In this document: one piece after another, positions 53,476-63,995 of the stretch | Layout of the letters: every line of letters begins with the position of its first letter | Numbering within the stretch: position 1 is the stretch's first letter | DNA from: a candidate division WOR-3 bacterium | GTDB lineage: Bacteria; Hydrothermota; UBA3073 | Assembly (NCBI GenBank): GCA_030606335.1 | Contig: JAUWGP010000013.1 | Coordinates: 2,346 to 66,345, forward strand | Direction: 5' to 3' | DNA: 64,000 bases | Notes under the pieces: model-generated | The model's database searches: none | Told to the model about the DNA's origin: nothing | The model's input: the letters and a program-made list of their open reading frames with translations, nothing else | Translations under genes and position numbers: made by a program

Positions 53476-55860
53476 ATGAAGGGAACAAAGGTAGTAATGA
53501 TAGGGCTTATAATTAGTTTAGTAGCCCTGAGCTCTGCTTTTTCACAGCAAGTCATTAACAATGTAGAGAAGTTAGGAGCGATTGGTGAGATGGAGAGGGT
53601 TTGGCGATGGTGGGCAGTGGATTTTTCTTCTGATGGTAACTACGCCTACGTTCCAGGTGGTTACGATGCTGGCTCAGAGGCTAAATGGCCTAGTGTTTAT
53701 ATAGTGGATGTATCTGATGTAACTAATCCTACAATAGCCCAGATTATTCATATTCCTAATCCTGACTGGGGTTCACCCGAGGCATGGGACCTACAGGTTG
53801 TGGGTAATCTCCTTTATGTTGGTGCTTTTAAGCAAGGCTTATGGATTTATGATATAACCGATCCAATCGGTCCTGTGGTAGCTGGCAACTATACAACCCT
53901 GGAAAGTGAAATCCGAGGGTTACATGTTGTAGGCGATTATTGCTATGCTGGTGAAGCATGGAATGGTTTTGCCATATACAATATACAAGATCCAGCTAAT
54001 ATCACGAGAGTTGCTCTGTATAACACCGACGCTGATATAAGTCCAGGTTTTCCAGCTGAGTTCCACTGTGGAAGAGTTGTGGATGATGTCGCTTACTGGG
54101 GAGCAGGAAACCATGGCTTGGTGATGGTAGATGTATCCGATCCTTTAAATCCCGAAGGAATTAGTTATGCCGGCGAGTGTTTTATATCACCTCGTTATCC
54201 TGAGGGTACATATGACTGGGCTCGTGGAGCAACAGCTAGGGGTAACCTCGCATTCCTTGGCGATAATAGGGTTGGCTTACGGATATTCGATATAACTGTG
54301 CCCACAGCTCCCGTAGAAGTAGGTTTTTATTCTTTAGCAGAAGAAAATGCAGGAGAGGTTTGGCAACCCTTAATCAGCGATGATGGGACCCGAGCATATA
54401 TCGGTTATCAGAGGGCTGGTTTCATAATCCTGGATATATCCGATCCTGAAAATCCTACAAAAATAGGTGAATATGATGTAGGAACAGCAAATGTACTGGC
54501 AGGAGCGGGATTAGCTCTACGGGACAATCTTATCTATCTTCCTGATGAAAAGATAGGCGGAACCTTACATATAATTGATATAACTGACGATACAGATCCC
54601 GATTCTATAGGTACCACAGCTATAGCAGGTATTGGAAGACCATGGATGGTAAAAATTGTTGGTAGTAAGCTTTATGTTGCTGATATGGCTCTTCCCGGAT
54701 TAGCGATATATGACATATCTGATCCTACATCACCTACTTTTAAGGGTTGTGCCAAAACTAACGATGAAGCATGGGATGTTGCCATAGTAGGTACCTATGC
54801 TTATGTCGCTTCTAAAACGGACGGCTTGTGTATATTTGAGATATCTGATCCTACAAGTCCGGAAATGGTTGGTCACTGTGTGGTAACCGATAACTCTCTT
54901 TATGGAGGAAGGAATAGTCAAAGTAGAGGAGTAAAGGTTAGCAGAGGCTATGCTTTTGTAGGTGATGCATGGGGTGGTCTAACAGTAATCGATGTGCATG
55001 AACCAGAATCCCCTGTAAAGGTTGCGAATATTGGTGACCCTGACATGGAAGGTCACAGGCTCGATATTGACGGCGACTACTGTTATGTTGGTGGTGGTCG
55101 TGGTATCTTCATAGTGGATATATTTGATCCTACAGCTCCTACGATTATTGGCTATCTCAAAGGACAGGTAACGAGTGGATGGTCATGGGGACGTGGAGTA
55201 AGGGTTTTCAGAGATTATGCCTATTATAGTGAGGGGTTAGAGGTAATAGATATATCTGTTCCTTCAGATCCTGTATGGGTAAATAGCTATACTTTCGAAG
55301 CTCCTGCTGGAAAAGGTTGGGACAACAAAGAAATGAGCGGTCCATATGGTAAATATGCATTTTGTGCAGCTGCGCATGGTCTTGTAGTGGCGGATATAAC
55401 CCATCCCCTTGATCCTCTTGTAGAAGCTGGTTGCTACATAGATGCAGACAGCATTGGCTGGGGTAAAGGCATAGATGTTGTTCCTGTAGCAGATGGATTT
55501 TTGGTTGTCCTGGCAGGTGAGGCTCCTAATATGATTCACATATTTCAGACTACTCAATTCGAAGGTGTTGAAGAAACTCCTGGTATTTTCATGCTGTCAC
55601 AGAGTAGACCTAATCCTGTTTTGGGTAGGACCGAGATATCCTATTATTTACCTGATGAGTGCAGAGTAGAGCTTACAGTTTACGATTTAACAGGCAGACT
55701 GGTCAAGAAACTCACGGATGGAGTAGAAACTTCAGGCTATAATTCAGTAATATGGGATGGAACAGATGCTGTAGGTAACAAAGTTGCACCTGGTGTCTAC
55801 TTCTATAGACTCGAAGCTGGTAGATATTCAGCACAGAAGAAACTCGTCATACTAAGATAA
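53476..55860 (+). CDS. Secreted LVIVD-repeat beta-propeller protein with T9SS/FlgD-Ig-like C-terminal sorting domain
   Basis: Many YAYVA...GL.I.DISDP..P repeats; C-terminus KLTVYDLTGRLVKKLTDGVETSGYNSVIWDGTDAVGNKVAPGVYFYRLEAGRYSAQKKLVILR. Confidence 0.7.
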   Translation: MKGTKVVMIGLIISLVALSSAFSQQVINNVEKLGAIGEMERVWRWWAVDFSSDGNYAYVPGGYDAGSEAKWPSVYIVDVSDVTNPTIAQIIHIPNPDWGSPEAWDLQVVGNLLYVGAFKQGLWIYDITDPIGPVVAGNYTTLESEIRGLHVVGDYCYAGEAWNGFAIYNIQDPANITRVALYNTDADISPGFPAEFHCGRVVDDVAYWGAGNHGLVMVDVSDPLNPEGISYAGECFISPRYPEGTYDWARGATARGNLAFLGDNRVGLRIFDITVPTAPVEVGFYSLAEENAGEVWQPLISDDGTRAYIGYQRAGFIILDISDPENPTKIGEYDVGTANVLAGAGLALRDNLIYLPDEKIGGTLHIIDITDDTDPDSIGTTAIAGIGRPWMVKIVGSKLYVADMALPGLAIYDISDPTSPTFKGCAKTNDEAWDVAIVGTYAYVASKTDGLCIFEISDPTSPEMVGHCVVTDNSLYGGRNSQSRGVKVSRGYAFVGDAWGGLTVIDVHEPESPVKVANIGDPDMEGHRLDIDGDYCYVGGGRGIFIVDIFDPTAPTIIGYLKGQVTSGWSWGRGVRVFRDYAYYSEGLEVIDISVPSDPVWVNSYTFEAPAGKGWDNKEMSGPYGKYAFCAAAHGLVVADITHPLDPLVEAGCYIDADSIGWGKGIDVVPVADGFLVVLAGEAPNMIHIFQTTQFEGVEETPGIFMLSQSRPNPVLGRTEISYYLPDECRVELTVYDLTGRLVKKLTDGVETSGYNSVIWDGTDAVGNKVAPGVYFYRLEAGRYSAQKKLVILR

Positions 55861-55875
55861 TAAAGGTGCTATTGG

Positions 55876-55926
55876 AACCTGAGGGGGCTGGGTTTTGGAA
55901 GAGTTCTTTTAATAACTCAGCCCCCA
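55876..55926 (+). terminator. Terminator-like hairpin (GGGGGCTG ... CAGCCCCC) after the LVIVD gene; no U-tract on this strand
   Basis: 8-bp GC stem; A-run follows on plus strand. Confidence 0.3.
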
Positions 55927-55998
55927 CTAAAAAATAATGGGAATTGACCTTTGTTCTCTATAAAACCCTAAAACGTGAATTCCCATAAAGGAGGTAAT

Positions 55999-57390
55999 AT
56001 GTATGTTCGAAAGTTATGCGTGTCCCTTGTGGCAATTATATTAGGAGCAATTATTGGACTTGGTGGCCTTGCTTCTGTATATGGGCAGTATTCACATTCA
56101 GACAATGTGGAGATAATCTTAAGGATTAGTGAACCATTAGTTCAGACACCATATAGAATAAAAATTGCTAATGATTATGCCTATATTGCTGATTATGGTA
56201 TCCCTGGACTGGTAATATTTGATGTACATAATCCCGCGTATCCTGGTTATAAGAGTTATATTGAAACACCAGCTGCAGCATGGGATGTAGATGTAGTTGA
56301 TACATTGGCTTATGTTGCTGCAACCTCGTCAGGCTTGTTAATATACAATGTGTCGGACCCGGTAAACCCAATAGAGGTTGGTCAGTGTGTAGTAACGAAT
56401 AACAGTCTTTATGGTGGAAGGAATAGCGAAAGTGTAGGAGTAAAAGTACAAGGGGATTATGCCTATGTGAGTGATGGAGCAGGAGGCTTAACAATAATTA
56501 ATGTATTTGATCCTACGAGTCCTTATAAGGTTTCAAATATTGGTGGTGAGCACGTAATCACTTATAGACTGGATGTTTCAGGCAATTATTGCTATGTTGC
56601 TGCTCAAGAAAGCTTATGGGTAGTGAACGTGATTAATCCTGAAACTCCCTCTGTTATTGGTCGGATAGGTTGGGAAACTGTAAGTGGATGGTATAATGGG
56701 CGAGCTGTAAGGGTTCTTGGGGACTATGCTTATTTGTCTATGACGGTTAGAGTAGTAAATATATTGAACCCTGCCGACCCTACAATAGTTGGTAACTATT
56801 TCGCGCCTACTGATTATAGGCATGGTTGGGACAATAAACCCATTGCTGTAGGCGATTCCCTATATTGTTTCTATGCAACTGATAATGCTATGATAGTATT
56901 GGATGTACATGATCATGCAAATCCCCATTCTGTTGGTTACTGTTTGGATATCACATCGGGTAGAGATAGCATTCCTCATTCAAGAGGTATAGATGTCATT
57001 TCAAAACCCGATTGTCATTATGTGTACCTGGTAGGTGAAAACCCAGGAGCACTTTGCATATTCAGGGTCACTGGTATAGCAACAGGTATTGAAGAGACCA
57101 TTAAAACTCCTGGTTCTTTCGAGCTATTGCAAAATAGACCAAACCCTTGTTTTAACAGAACCGAGATATCCTACTACCTACCTGAAAGATGCAGGGTAAA
57201 ACTTACAGTTTACGATATAACAGGTAGAATCGTAAGGGAGCTCACAGATGGAGTCGAAGCTCCAGGCTATAGTTCAGTGGTTTGGGACGGAGTAGATGCT
57301 ACAGGTAAGCCAGTTTCACCAGGTCTCTACTTCTATAGACTCGAAGCTGACAAATATTCAGCACAGAAGAAGCTCATTATACTGAAATAG
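55999..57390 (+). CDS. Secreted LVIVD-repeat protein with near-identical C-terminal sorting domain
   Basis: LVIVD repeats; C-terminus KLTVYDITGRIVRELTDGVEAPGYSSVVWDGVDATGKPVSPGLYFYRLEADKYSAQKKLIILK; GGAGG RBS before ATG 55999. Confidence 0.7.
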   Translation: MYVRKLCVSLVAIILGAIIGLGGLASVYGQYSHSDNVEIILRISEPLVQTPYRIKIANDYAYIADYGIPGLVIFDVHNPAYPGYKSYIETPAAAWDVDVVDTLAYVAATSSGLLIYNVSDPVNPIEVGQCVVTNNSLYGGRNSESVGVKVQGDYAYVSDGAGGLTIINVFDPTSPYKVSNIGGEHVITYRLDVSGNYCYVAAQESLWVVNVINPETPSVIGRIGWETVSGWYNGRAVRVLGDYAYLSMTVRVVNILNPADPTIVGNYFAPTDYRHGWDNKPIAVGDSLYCFYATDNAMIVLDVHDHANPHSVGYCLDITSGRDSIPHSRGIDVISKPDCHYVYLVGENPGALCIFRVTGIATGIEETIKTPGSFELLQNRPNPCFNRTEISYYLPERCRVKLTVYDITGRIVRELTDGVEAPGYSSVVWDGVDATGKPVSPGLYFYRLEADKYSAQKKLIILK

Positions 57391-57478
57391 ATTAACTCGA
57401 ATAGCATCAGATAGAAGCGAAGACACTTCAACCTGCAGGGACAGGTCTTCAGACCTATTCGATTAAAGGGGGTATTAA

Positions 57479-58648
57479 ATGTTAGATAAGAAAGAGGTTC
57501 GAAATTATTTTCGGATCTGTACGGGTCTCTATAGAATATCTAAAGTAACTATTTATGGAGCAATATTAAGCCTACTTACTTTGAATTCTGCATTCAGTTA
57601 CACTATCAGCGGTGTAATAGCAGATATTGATGGAAATCCTGTGATTGGTATTGCAGTTGAGTTAAGTGGTGATGCAAGCATGAGTATCGCAACTGACGAC
57701 TCGGGATTTTATCAATTTCCATACATATATGAAGGAACTTATACGGTTACTCCCTGGGATGCCTCTTACATCTTTATTCCTGAGGATGTAACTTACGATT
57801 CACTTATTTCTGATACTGTGCAGGACTTTTTAGCTGCCCGTATCTATTCTATCAAAGGACATGTAAGAGATGACTTTGGTGATGGGATAAAGGGGGTAAC
57901 CGTGAATCTTAGTGGAGACAGAGATACCACTATTGTCACTGGAACGGAGGGCTATTATAGATTTGGTGAGCTACCTCCTGAAGGTTATTATGAAGTGACT
58001 CCGTTTAAACTTGGGTGGGAATTTACTCCTCCATGTAGTTGTTACTCTCAACTTGACAGAGATTTAACCTTCAACTTTCTTGGTACCCACGATTACTACT
58101 CGATACAAGGTTATATAACTCAGAATAATGGTTCAGGAATAGATGATGTTATCATAAAGTTTACAGGAGTATCTACTATAAAATATGATACTACGAAGGA
58201 AGATGGTCAATACGAGCTCAATTGGCTTCTACCGGAGACCTGCAAAGTAACTCCATATAAATCTGGGTGGGAATTTACTCCTCAAAATATAAGTTATTAT
58301 CCACTCGATAGCAGGAAGACTGGTCAGAATTTTATTGGACAAGAGGTTGCACTTGTCAAAGTTTGGGGCGGAGAGAGGGGATACATTAATCCCACCAGGA
58401 ATGAGGTTGCTAAGATACTATTTACGCCAGCCATTGCAGGAGAAGTAAACATTAAGATTTATACCCTAAGCGGGGAATTAGTATGGGAAAAGGCTAAGGT
58501 GTTCGTTGCTGGACAAGAGGGAGAATCTCAAATTATTGAATGGAATTGCAGAAACGAGGATAATGAAGAAGTTGCATCAGGTATTTATTTAGTATACATT
58601 AAAGGCATAGGGATCGATGCAAAGAAAAAGATAGCCGTTTTAAAATAA
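57479..58648 (+). CDS. Secreted protein with three CarbopepD_reg-like repeats (each ending GWEFTP) and C-terminal sorting domain
   Basis: Repeats Y.I.G.....G.GI..V...SGD ... (L)GWEFTP x3; C-terminus NIKIYTLSGELVWEK...GIYLVYIKG. Confidence 0.5.
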   Translation: MLDKKEVRNYFRICTGLYRISKVTIYGAILSLLTLNSAFSYTISGVIADIDGNPVIGIAVELSGDASMSIATDDSGFYQFPYIYEGTYTVTPWDASYIFIPEDVTYDSLISDTVQDFLAARIYSIKGHVRDDFGDGIKGVTVNLSGDRDTTIVTGTEGYYRFGELPPEGYYEVTPFKLGWEFTPPCSCYSQLDRDLTFNFLGTHDYYSIQGYITQNNGSGIDDVIIKFTGVSTIKYDTTKEDGQYELNWLLPETCKVTPYKSGWEFTPQNISYYPLDSRKTGQNFIGQEVALVKVWGGERGYINPTRNEVAKILFTPAIAGEVNIKIYTLSGELVWEKAKVFVAGQEGESQIIEWNCRNEDNEEVASGIYLVYIKGIGIDAKKKIAVLK

Positions 58649-58690
58649 ACCACTGATTTCAAAAATTACATAAACGAAAGAGAGGTGGAA

Positions 58691-59575
58691 ATGCAAAACA
58701 GATTTCTTGGATTAGTTGTAGGGTTATCAGTTTTATTTTTCAGCCTATTAGCAACCTATGCAAGTGGTCAGGGAACAACCGCAGCTGTAATACTCATACA
58801 GCCAATCGGGGCAAGGGCATCTGGGATGGGAGAAGCAGTTACAAGTATAGGAGGGGATATTTGTGGATTGCATTATAATCCCGCAGCGCTTGGTCGACTG
58901 ACTAATAAAGAGGTCTCTTTTTCTCTTCATAGAGGAATAGCGGATGATTACTTTGGCACCTTGATCTTTGGATTACCCACAAAAATGGGAATATTTGCTT
59001 TGAGTTTTGTTTACTATAATGCTGGAGATATGGTCTTGATAGATTGGTCTGGGAATGAAAGAAAGGTAAATGCACTCACCGACTATCTTTTAACTTTATC
59101 CTTTTCCCGGAAGATGACCGAAGGCTTGAGTATTGGATTCTCTACAAAGGTGCTTAATTCCACAATCGTAGATGAGTTCTCTGCTGTTGCCTTTGCTGTA
59201 GATTTTGGTGGACAGTATAGAATCAGTAATATTGGTTTGGGTTTATCTGTCCAGAACATAGGGACAGGGTTAAAGTATATAGAAGAGAAGGCTCCTCTAC
59301 CTTTGGTTTTTAGATTGGGTGTATCTTACGACTTTGACCCTGGTCTGATTGTTTTCGATATCGTTCGCCAGGTAGATGAAATAAAGGCAAATATAGGATT
59401 AGAATACTGGTATCATAAACTATTTGCAATCCGTTTTGGGTATAGATACAGAGATATTACTTCCTTTTCCTCAGGTCTGGGGTTTGCGGTAAATAATACT
59501 GGGATAGATTACAGCATAATGGTGAGTAATGACCTGGGACTCATTCATAGAATAGGTTTGAACCAAAGTTTTTAG
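58691..59575 (+). CDS. PorV/PorQ-like outer-membrane beta-barrel
   Basis: Signal peptide then IGARASGMGEAVTSIGGD...NPAALG N-terminal motif; alternating amphipathic strands; C-terminal aromatic. Confidence 0.45.
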   Translation: MQNRFLGLVVGLSVLFFSLLATYASGQGTTAAVILIQPIGARASGMGEAVTSIGGDICGLHYNPAALGRLTNKEVSFSLHRGIADDYFGTLIFGLPTKMGIFALSFVYYNAGDMVLIDWSGNERKVNALTDYLLTLSFSRKMTEGLSIGFSTKVLNSTIVDEFSAVAFAVDFGGQYRISNIGLGLSVQNIGTGLKYIEEKAPLPLVFRLGVSYDFDPGLIVFDIVRQVDEIKANIGLEYWYHKLFAIRFGYRYRDITSFSSGLGFAVNNTGIDYSIMVSNDLGLIHRIGLNQSF

Positions 59576-59662
59576 AGATATGAAATGTGCATCCTATCCT
59601 CATCGATTGGGTGTGATTATTTTTTACAGTTACACTTTATAAATGATAAGGAAAGGAGGGAG

Positions 59663-60982
59663 ATGAGTAAAAACATACTTAGATTCGGTATTATAATTTA
59701 CCTAACCATAATGGGAGTAGCAAATGGTTCGGTAACTCCACGTGATTCTATTCCTGAACGAGCAATAGAGATACACTCAAAAGTATATGTCTGTGAAGAG
59801 TGGGAAGCAGAACCGCCAATTGATAAGGTAGCAACCTTGTTAGGAAAAGATGCAACTGCCAACTGGTTGGATATCTCACAATGGATTACTCCTGTTCATT
59901 TAGCACAAGGATTTGTAGATATTATTGTCACGGCAGGAATAGGTCAAATACAAGGGATTGAAAAACCTGGATGGTATATGAGAGGAGATGCAGACGATCA
60001 AGGAGAACAAGACATACGCGCCCTCTGTAGTGGTGTATTTTATGACCTGATCGATTTAGATTTCAAAACTACTACAGGTAATGTATTCGAGCAATCTGCA
60101 GAAGATAGTCAATATGTAATCTTACGGTTTGGATTACCGCCTGTAATAGGAAATTACTATAAAATATATATTGGAAAAGGGTCGGTAGGTTTAGCCTCTA
60201 CTTTTTCAGAGTACACCGATTCTTGCCAGGTCAAGTTTTATCTTTGGCCTCTTGATGCTGGTTTGTATGCATGCCCTGACTTATCCGATGTTGCGATATC
60301 CTACGAAGTGCTAACTCCAGTAAGGAGGGTTCTTGTTAACACTCTCATTACATTCGATTGCAGTCGGTCTATTTCAATGGACTTCGATACTCTCTGGGTG
60401 GATACCACGATTGAATTAATCGATACTACATTCAGCAGTGAGAATATAACTCTATATGAACTTGATACAGATAATAACTTCAATCCAGGAGTTGACGTAA
60501 CAAGTGATAAGCCATTTCTTTCCTATATCTACCGCACTTCTGGACTTAAAAAGGTAGTACTTACTGTACGCGACGATAGTAATAATGCCTCAAGAAGCAA
60601 TGGGAATCCACGCGTTACTATATCAAGCAATCCTTTACCCCTATGGGTCGAGGTGATTGACTCCATAAGTAATCTGCCTGATTATACAAGTAATGTATCA
60701 AAGCTTTATCAATGTGCTCCTCAACCATACATTCCTTCTGAGTGTCCTGTAACAAATATTAAATATATGATTACATCACCCAGTTATCTAACTATCAAGG
60801 TTTACACATTCTCTGGTGATTTAGTAAAGACACTGGTCGATGAGCCAAAAAGTGCTGGTGAATGGATTACAACTTGGGATGGACGAAACAAGCATGGACA
60901 AGAGGTAGGAGCTGGAATTTATTTCTGCGTTATGGAGTCAGGTAACTTTAGAAAGATAGAAAGGATGGTGATGATAAGATGA
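59663..60982 (+). CDS. Secreted hypothetical protein with C-terminal T9SS/FlgD-Ig-like sorting domain
   Basis: C-terminus LTIKVYTFSGDLVKTLVDEPKSAGEWITTWDGRNKHGQEVGAGIYFCVM; start set at ATG 59663 after AGGAGGG. Confidence 0.5.
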   Translation: MSKNILRFGIIIYLTIMGVANGSVTPRDSIPERAIEIHSKVYVCEEWEAEPPIDKVATLLGKDATANWLDISQWITPVHLAQGFVDIIVTAGIGQIQGIEKPGWYMRGDADDQGEQDIRALCSGVFYDLIDLDFKTTTGNVFEQSAEDSQYVILRFGLPPVIGNYYKIYIGKGSVGLASTFSEYTDSCQVKFYLWPLDAGLYACPDLSDVAISYEVLTPVRRVLVNTLITFDCSRSISMDFDTLWVDTTIELIDTTFSSENITLYELDTDNNFNPGVDVTSDKPFLSYIYRTSGLKKVVLTVRDDSNNASRSNGNPRVTISSNPLPLWVEVIDSISNLPDYTSNVSKLYQCAPQPYIPSECPVTNIKYMITSPSYLTIKVYTFSGDLVKTLVDEPKSAGEWITTWDGRNKHGQEVGAGIYFCVMESGNFRKIERMVMIR

Positions 60983-61899
60983 AAGTAATGAAAAATTTGC
61001 CTTTGGTACTTAGTCTATTGGGTTTGTTCCATTGCTTGGCTTTTTCCACCGAGGTTGGAACTACTGGTATGGGATTTCTCAAGATAAGAACTTCTGCTCG
61101 TCCCCTGGGTATGGGCAATGCATTTGTAGCAGTTGCTGATGATATTAGTGCGATGGCCTGGAATGTTGCTGGGTTAGCTACCCTTGAACAACAAGAGCTG
61201 CTTTTCACCCATTTTAATTACATAGATGGCATCGGGTATAGTAATCTCCTATATTGTATACCAGGTAAGAGAGGTACGATCGGTTTTGGCTTTGCTATTC
61301 AATCATTTACAATTGATGAAATAGATGCTCAGTATAATTACAGGGGAGAGATGGCAATCAGAAATGCGGTTTTTTCTCTTGCTTATAGTCTAAAATTGGG
61401 TGATTCTTTCGCTTATGGTTGTGGCATAGACCTATTTTCTTCAACAATTGGTAATTATTCACTAACTTCTTACGGGCTTAATTTTGGTAGTCTGTACTTT
61501 GCACCTTACGACATTATTGTAGGTCTGTCAGTGCAGAATATTGGACCTGAATTCGCTTATGAAAGCAAGACTTTTGTTGGTGAGAAACAGTCTCTTCCTT
61601 TTACCTATATAATAGGAGTAACAAAAAAATTGACATTCTATGGAGATACTCTCTTAGTTACTTCCGATATAGTGAAAGACTATGTTATGCGACTGAATGT
61701 AGGTATGGAATACAAGCTGCTAAATCTCCTTACATTAAGGGTTGGCCGTAGGATAGGTTATGATACAGGCAGTTTTGCTTTTGGAATGGGCATTAATTAT
61801 AAACTTGAGGCATTGGATTACTTTCAGTTTGACTATGCATTTTTCCCAATGAGTGAATTAGGAAGTACCCATTGTTATTCGTTAATTAGTAAATTCTAA
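60979..61899 (+). CDS. PorV/PorQ-like outer-membrane beta-barrel (paralog of 58691-59575)
   Basis: SARPLGMGNAFVAVADDISAMAWNVAGLA motif; C-terminal F. Confidence 0.45.
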   Translation: MKVMKNLPLVLSLLGLFHCLAFSTEVGTTGMGFLKIRTSARPLGMGNAFVAVADDISAMAWNVAGLATLEQQELLFTHFNYIDGIGYSNLLYCIPGKRGTIGFGFAIQSFTIDEIDAQYNYRGEMAIRNAVFSLAYSLKLGDSFAYGCGIDLFSSTIGNYSLTSYGLNFGSLYFAPYDIIVGLSVQNIGPEFAYESKTFVGEKQSLPFTYIIGVTKKLTFYGDTLLVTSDIVKDYVMRLNVGMEYKLLNLLTLRVGRRIGYDTGSFAFGMGINYKLEALDYFQFDYAFFPMSELGSTHCYSLISKF

Positions 61900-61916
61900 A
61901 GACATCCTATAGTTAA

Positions 61917-62112
61917 AGAATATGACAAACCACAGAGGACACAGAGTATCTTTGAGGTAGAAAATTAAGAAAAAAATAAAAAACCTCTGTGCTCTCTTCT
62001 ATAGAACCCAAAGTTTACCAGATGTGAGCTACAAGCAAGAAAAACGCTGATAGTGAATTTGAGTACACAGAGAAAAATAAATATTATCTCTCTGTGCCCT
62101 CTGTGGTTAGAT
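61917..62112. repeat. Q-type palindromic intergenic element (IR-L 61927-61946 AAACCACAGAGGACACAGAG; IR-R 62089-62107 CTCTGTGCCCTCTGTGGTT)
   Basis: Direct comparison with the other Q copies. Confidence 0.8.
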
Positions 62113-62148
62113 TTTGCACAATACTGAATATTATACCAGGAGGAAATT

Positions 62149-63150
62149 ATGAAGAAAGGCTTAAAAAAGTCTTGGTGGTTAGTAGCTTTGCCTTTCTTGG
62201 TTATTTTAGGTGAAATTACTTACGCAAATCCATTGAATAGTGTGGTCGAGAGCTTTTGGGACGCAACCAATGATTTGCTTCTGGAACCGAGGTGGTACAT
62301 AACCACAGAGGTCCGTATGCAGAGGAATACGCTCATAAGTATGGGCGAGATAGGTACCAGTTACTACACCGATCCTTTAGTGCCTACATACAGAACTACA
62401 ATCCGTGTGGGCGATCCTCAAAAACTCACCCTCGAGGCTACTTATGAATTTACCCCTTACACCACAAGCCAAACGATCTATCGCTCTTCTGGAAGTGAGC
62501 GGCTTCTATTGAGAAGTTCCTATGCAATTAAGCCCAAGTGTTTATCTGTGAATGTGGAGACCGGTTGGGATGAGAACAGATATGGGCCGGGATTTGGGAT
62601 TTACGATCCTTTCCTTGCAGTGGGAGCCCTGGGTGGTGGTTTCACAGAGGAGTGCACAGATGGTACCTACAGGCTTGGAGCAGGCTTTAATCTTCACTGG
62701 CCATCTATGATGAAAAAAATTCTTGCTCTTAGCATTACTGTCGGAGCTCAACAGAAGACTAAAATATATCCAAAATCTGAGACTCCTTCGATAGAGAGTA
62801 TGGGGGATAAGGATTTGGTGGAAAAAATGAACGCGTATGCAGACCTCTCTGGCAATTTTGCCTTCTCTCCTAAATTTAAGATTACATGGAGAGGCGGTCT
62901 TAAACCTGACCAGCGTATAGGATACTATACTACGGGTGGTTATGCAGAGCTATATTATACTACAAAGACATTAGAAATTGGGGCCGAATATGAATTAAAT
63001 CCAGCTTTAAAGCTTGGATGTGGCTATTCCTACGAAGAAAAGATATCGGGACGAACTGTGGGTACTGGGGCTGAAGAGTTTGGTCTTCCAGCGGAAGTGA
63101 GGAAGACAAACAATGACGAATTCTACATAAAGATTGATTTTCATCCATAA
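62149..63150 (+). CDS. Secreted/outer-membrane hypothetical protein
   Basis: Signal peptide; beta-rich alternating pattern; C-terminal FHP. Confidence 0.4.
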   Translation: MKKGLKKSWWLVALPFLVILGEITYANPLNSVVESFWDATNDLLLEPRWYITTEVRMQRNTLISMGEIGTSYYTDPLVPTYRTTIRVGDPQKLTLEATYEFTPYTTSQTIYRSSGSERLLLRSSYAIKPKCLSVNVETGWDENRYGPGFGIYDPFLAVGALGGGFTEECTDGTYRLGAGFNLHWPSMMKKILALSITVGAQQKTKIYPKSETPSIESMGDKDLVEKMNAYADLSGNFAFSPKFKITWRGGLKPDQRIGYYTTGGYAELYYTTKTLEIGAEYELNPALKLGCGYSYEEKISGRTVGTGAEEFGLPAEVRKTNNDEFYIKIDFHP

Positions 63151-63182
63151 TCAAAAAATTCATCAGAATGAGGTGAACCAGG

Positions 63183-63995
63183 ATGAGAAGAGCTCTTATC
63201 ATAGCAATTACAATTCACTTCGGTCTACTCTTGGCTGCTGGCTACATCTATGTGATGCGTCCCGAGAAAAAGGAAGCTGCGTTTAGAGCCTTTCTTCGTG
63301 CTGAGAAGGTAGCACCAATGAAGAAGATTAGAACAGCACCACCAAAGAAAGAACCGAAGAAGACACCAGCCATACGTCCTCTAAGAAGGGAAAGACCAAT
63401 AGAGTTGATAGCTGTGAAGAGGGCAATTACTTCAGCATTTACAGTTAAGCTGCCAGAGGTTTCTGGAGCAGCATATAGTCCACAGATAGCCCTTGTATCT
63501 GTTCCCGAGCCTACATTAGCACCTGAGAGGCTGCCTTCTTTTTGGGAAAGAGAGATAGAGCTTAAGGGAAGAGCGATACAGTTGGAGAGTTTTGGTGTGA
63601 CCACCTTGAAACCTCTTGGAACTTTAGAAAACCCAATAACTCGAATAATTGTACAGGTTACTGCTGTCAGCTGCGGCAATAACAACGAAGTAGGCATCAT
63701 TTATCCTGAAAAACGCACAATTGCGACAGGTTTGACAGGAGATAGATCCATGAATGTATCAGTGGCGGTTGGACCTTATGCAGTTCCTCCCGAAGGGATT
63801 AGTTTTTATCTTACTTCACCTGAAATAGGAAATCAACTGTTACTTTCTACGGACCCTAATCAATGCCGTGTGAAGCCATTGGGTTCAAATACATGCATTT
63901 ATGAATGGGAAGATTTACCACCAGGACAATCGGATATGGATTTTAATGATGTTATAATGAAAGTAACTTTTATGGGAGCAGAAAACGGTTGGTGA
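63183..63995 (+). CDS. N-terminally membrane-anchored protein; paralog of 44522-45196
   Basis: Shared sequence blocks (see 44522 entry). Confidence 0.5.
   Translation: MRRALIIAITIHFGLLLAAGYIYVMRPEKKEAAFRAFLRAEKVAPMKKIRTAPPKKEPKKTPAIRPLRRERPIELIAVKRAITSAFTVKLPEVSGAAYSPQIALVSVPEPTLAPERLPSFWEREIELKGRAIQLESFGVTTLKPLGTLENPITRIIVQVTAVSCGNNNEVGIIYPEKRTIATGLTGDRSMNVSVAVGPYAVPPEGISFYLTSPEIGNQLLLSTDPNQCRVKPLGSNTCIYEWEDLPPGQSDMDFNDVIMKVTFMGAENGW

Noticed and set aside
57395-57470. Nested hairpin (TCGAATAG...CTATTCGA with inner GAAGAC...GTCTTC) after the second LVIVD gene as a terminator
   Set aside because: No U-tract follows on the coding strand and the stem has a ~50-nt loop; could be a structured spacer but the evidence for a terminator is weak.
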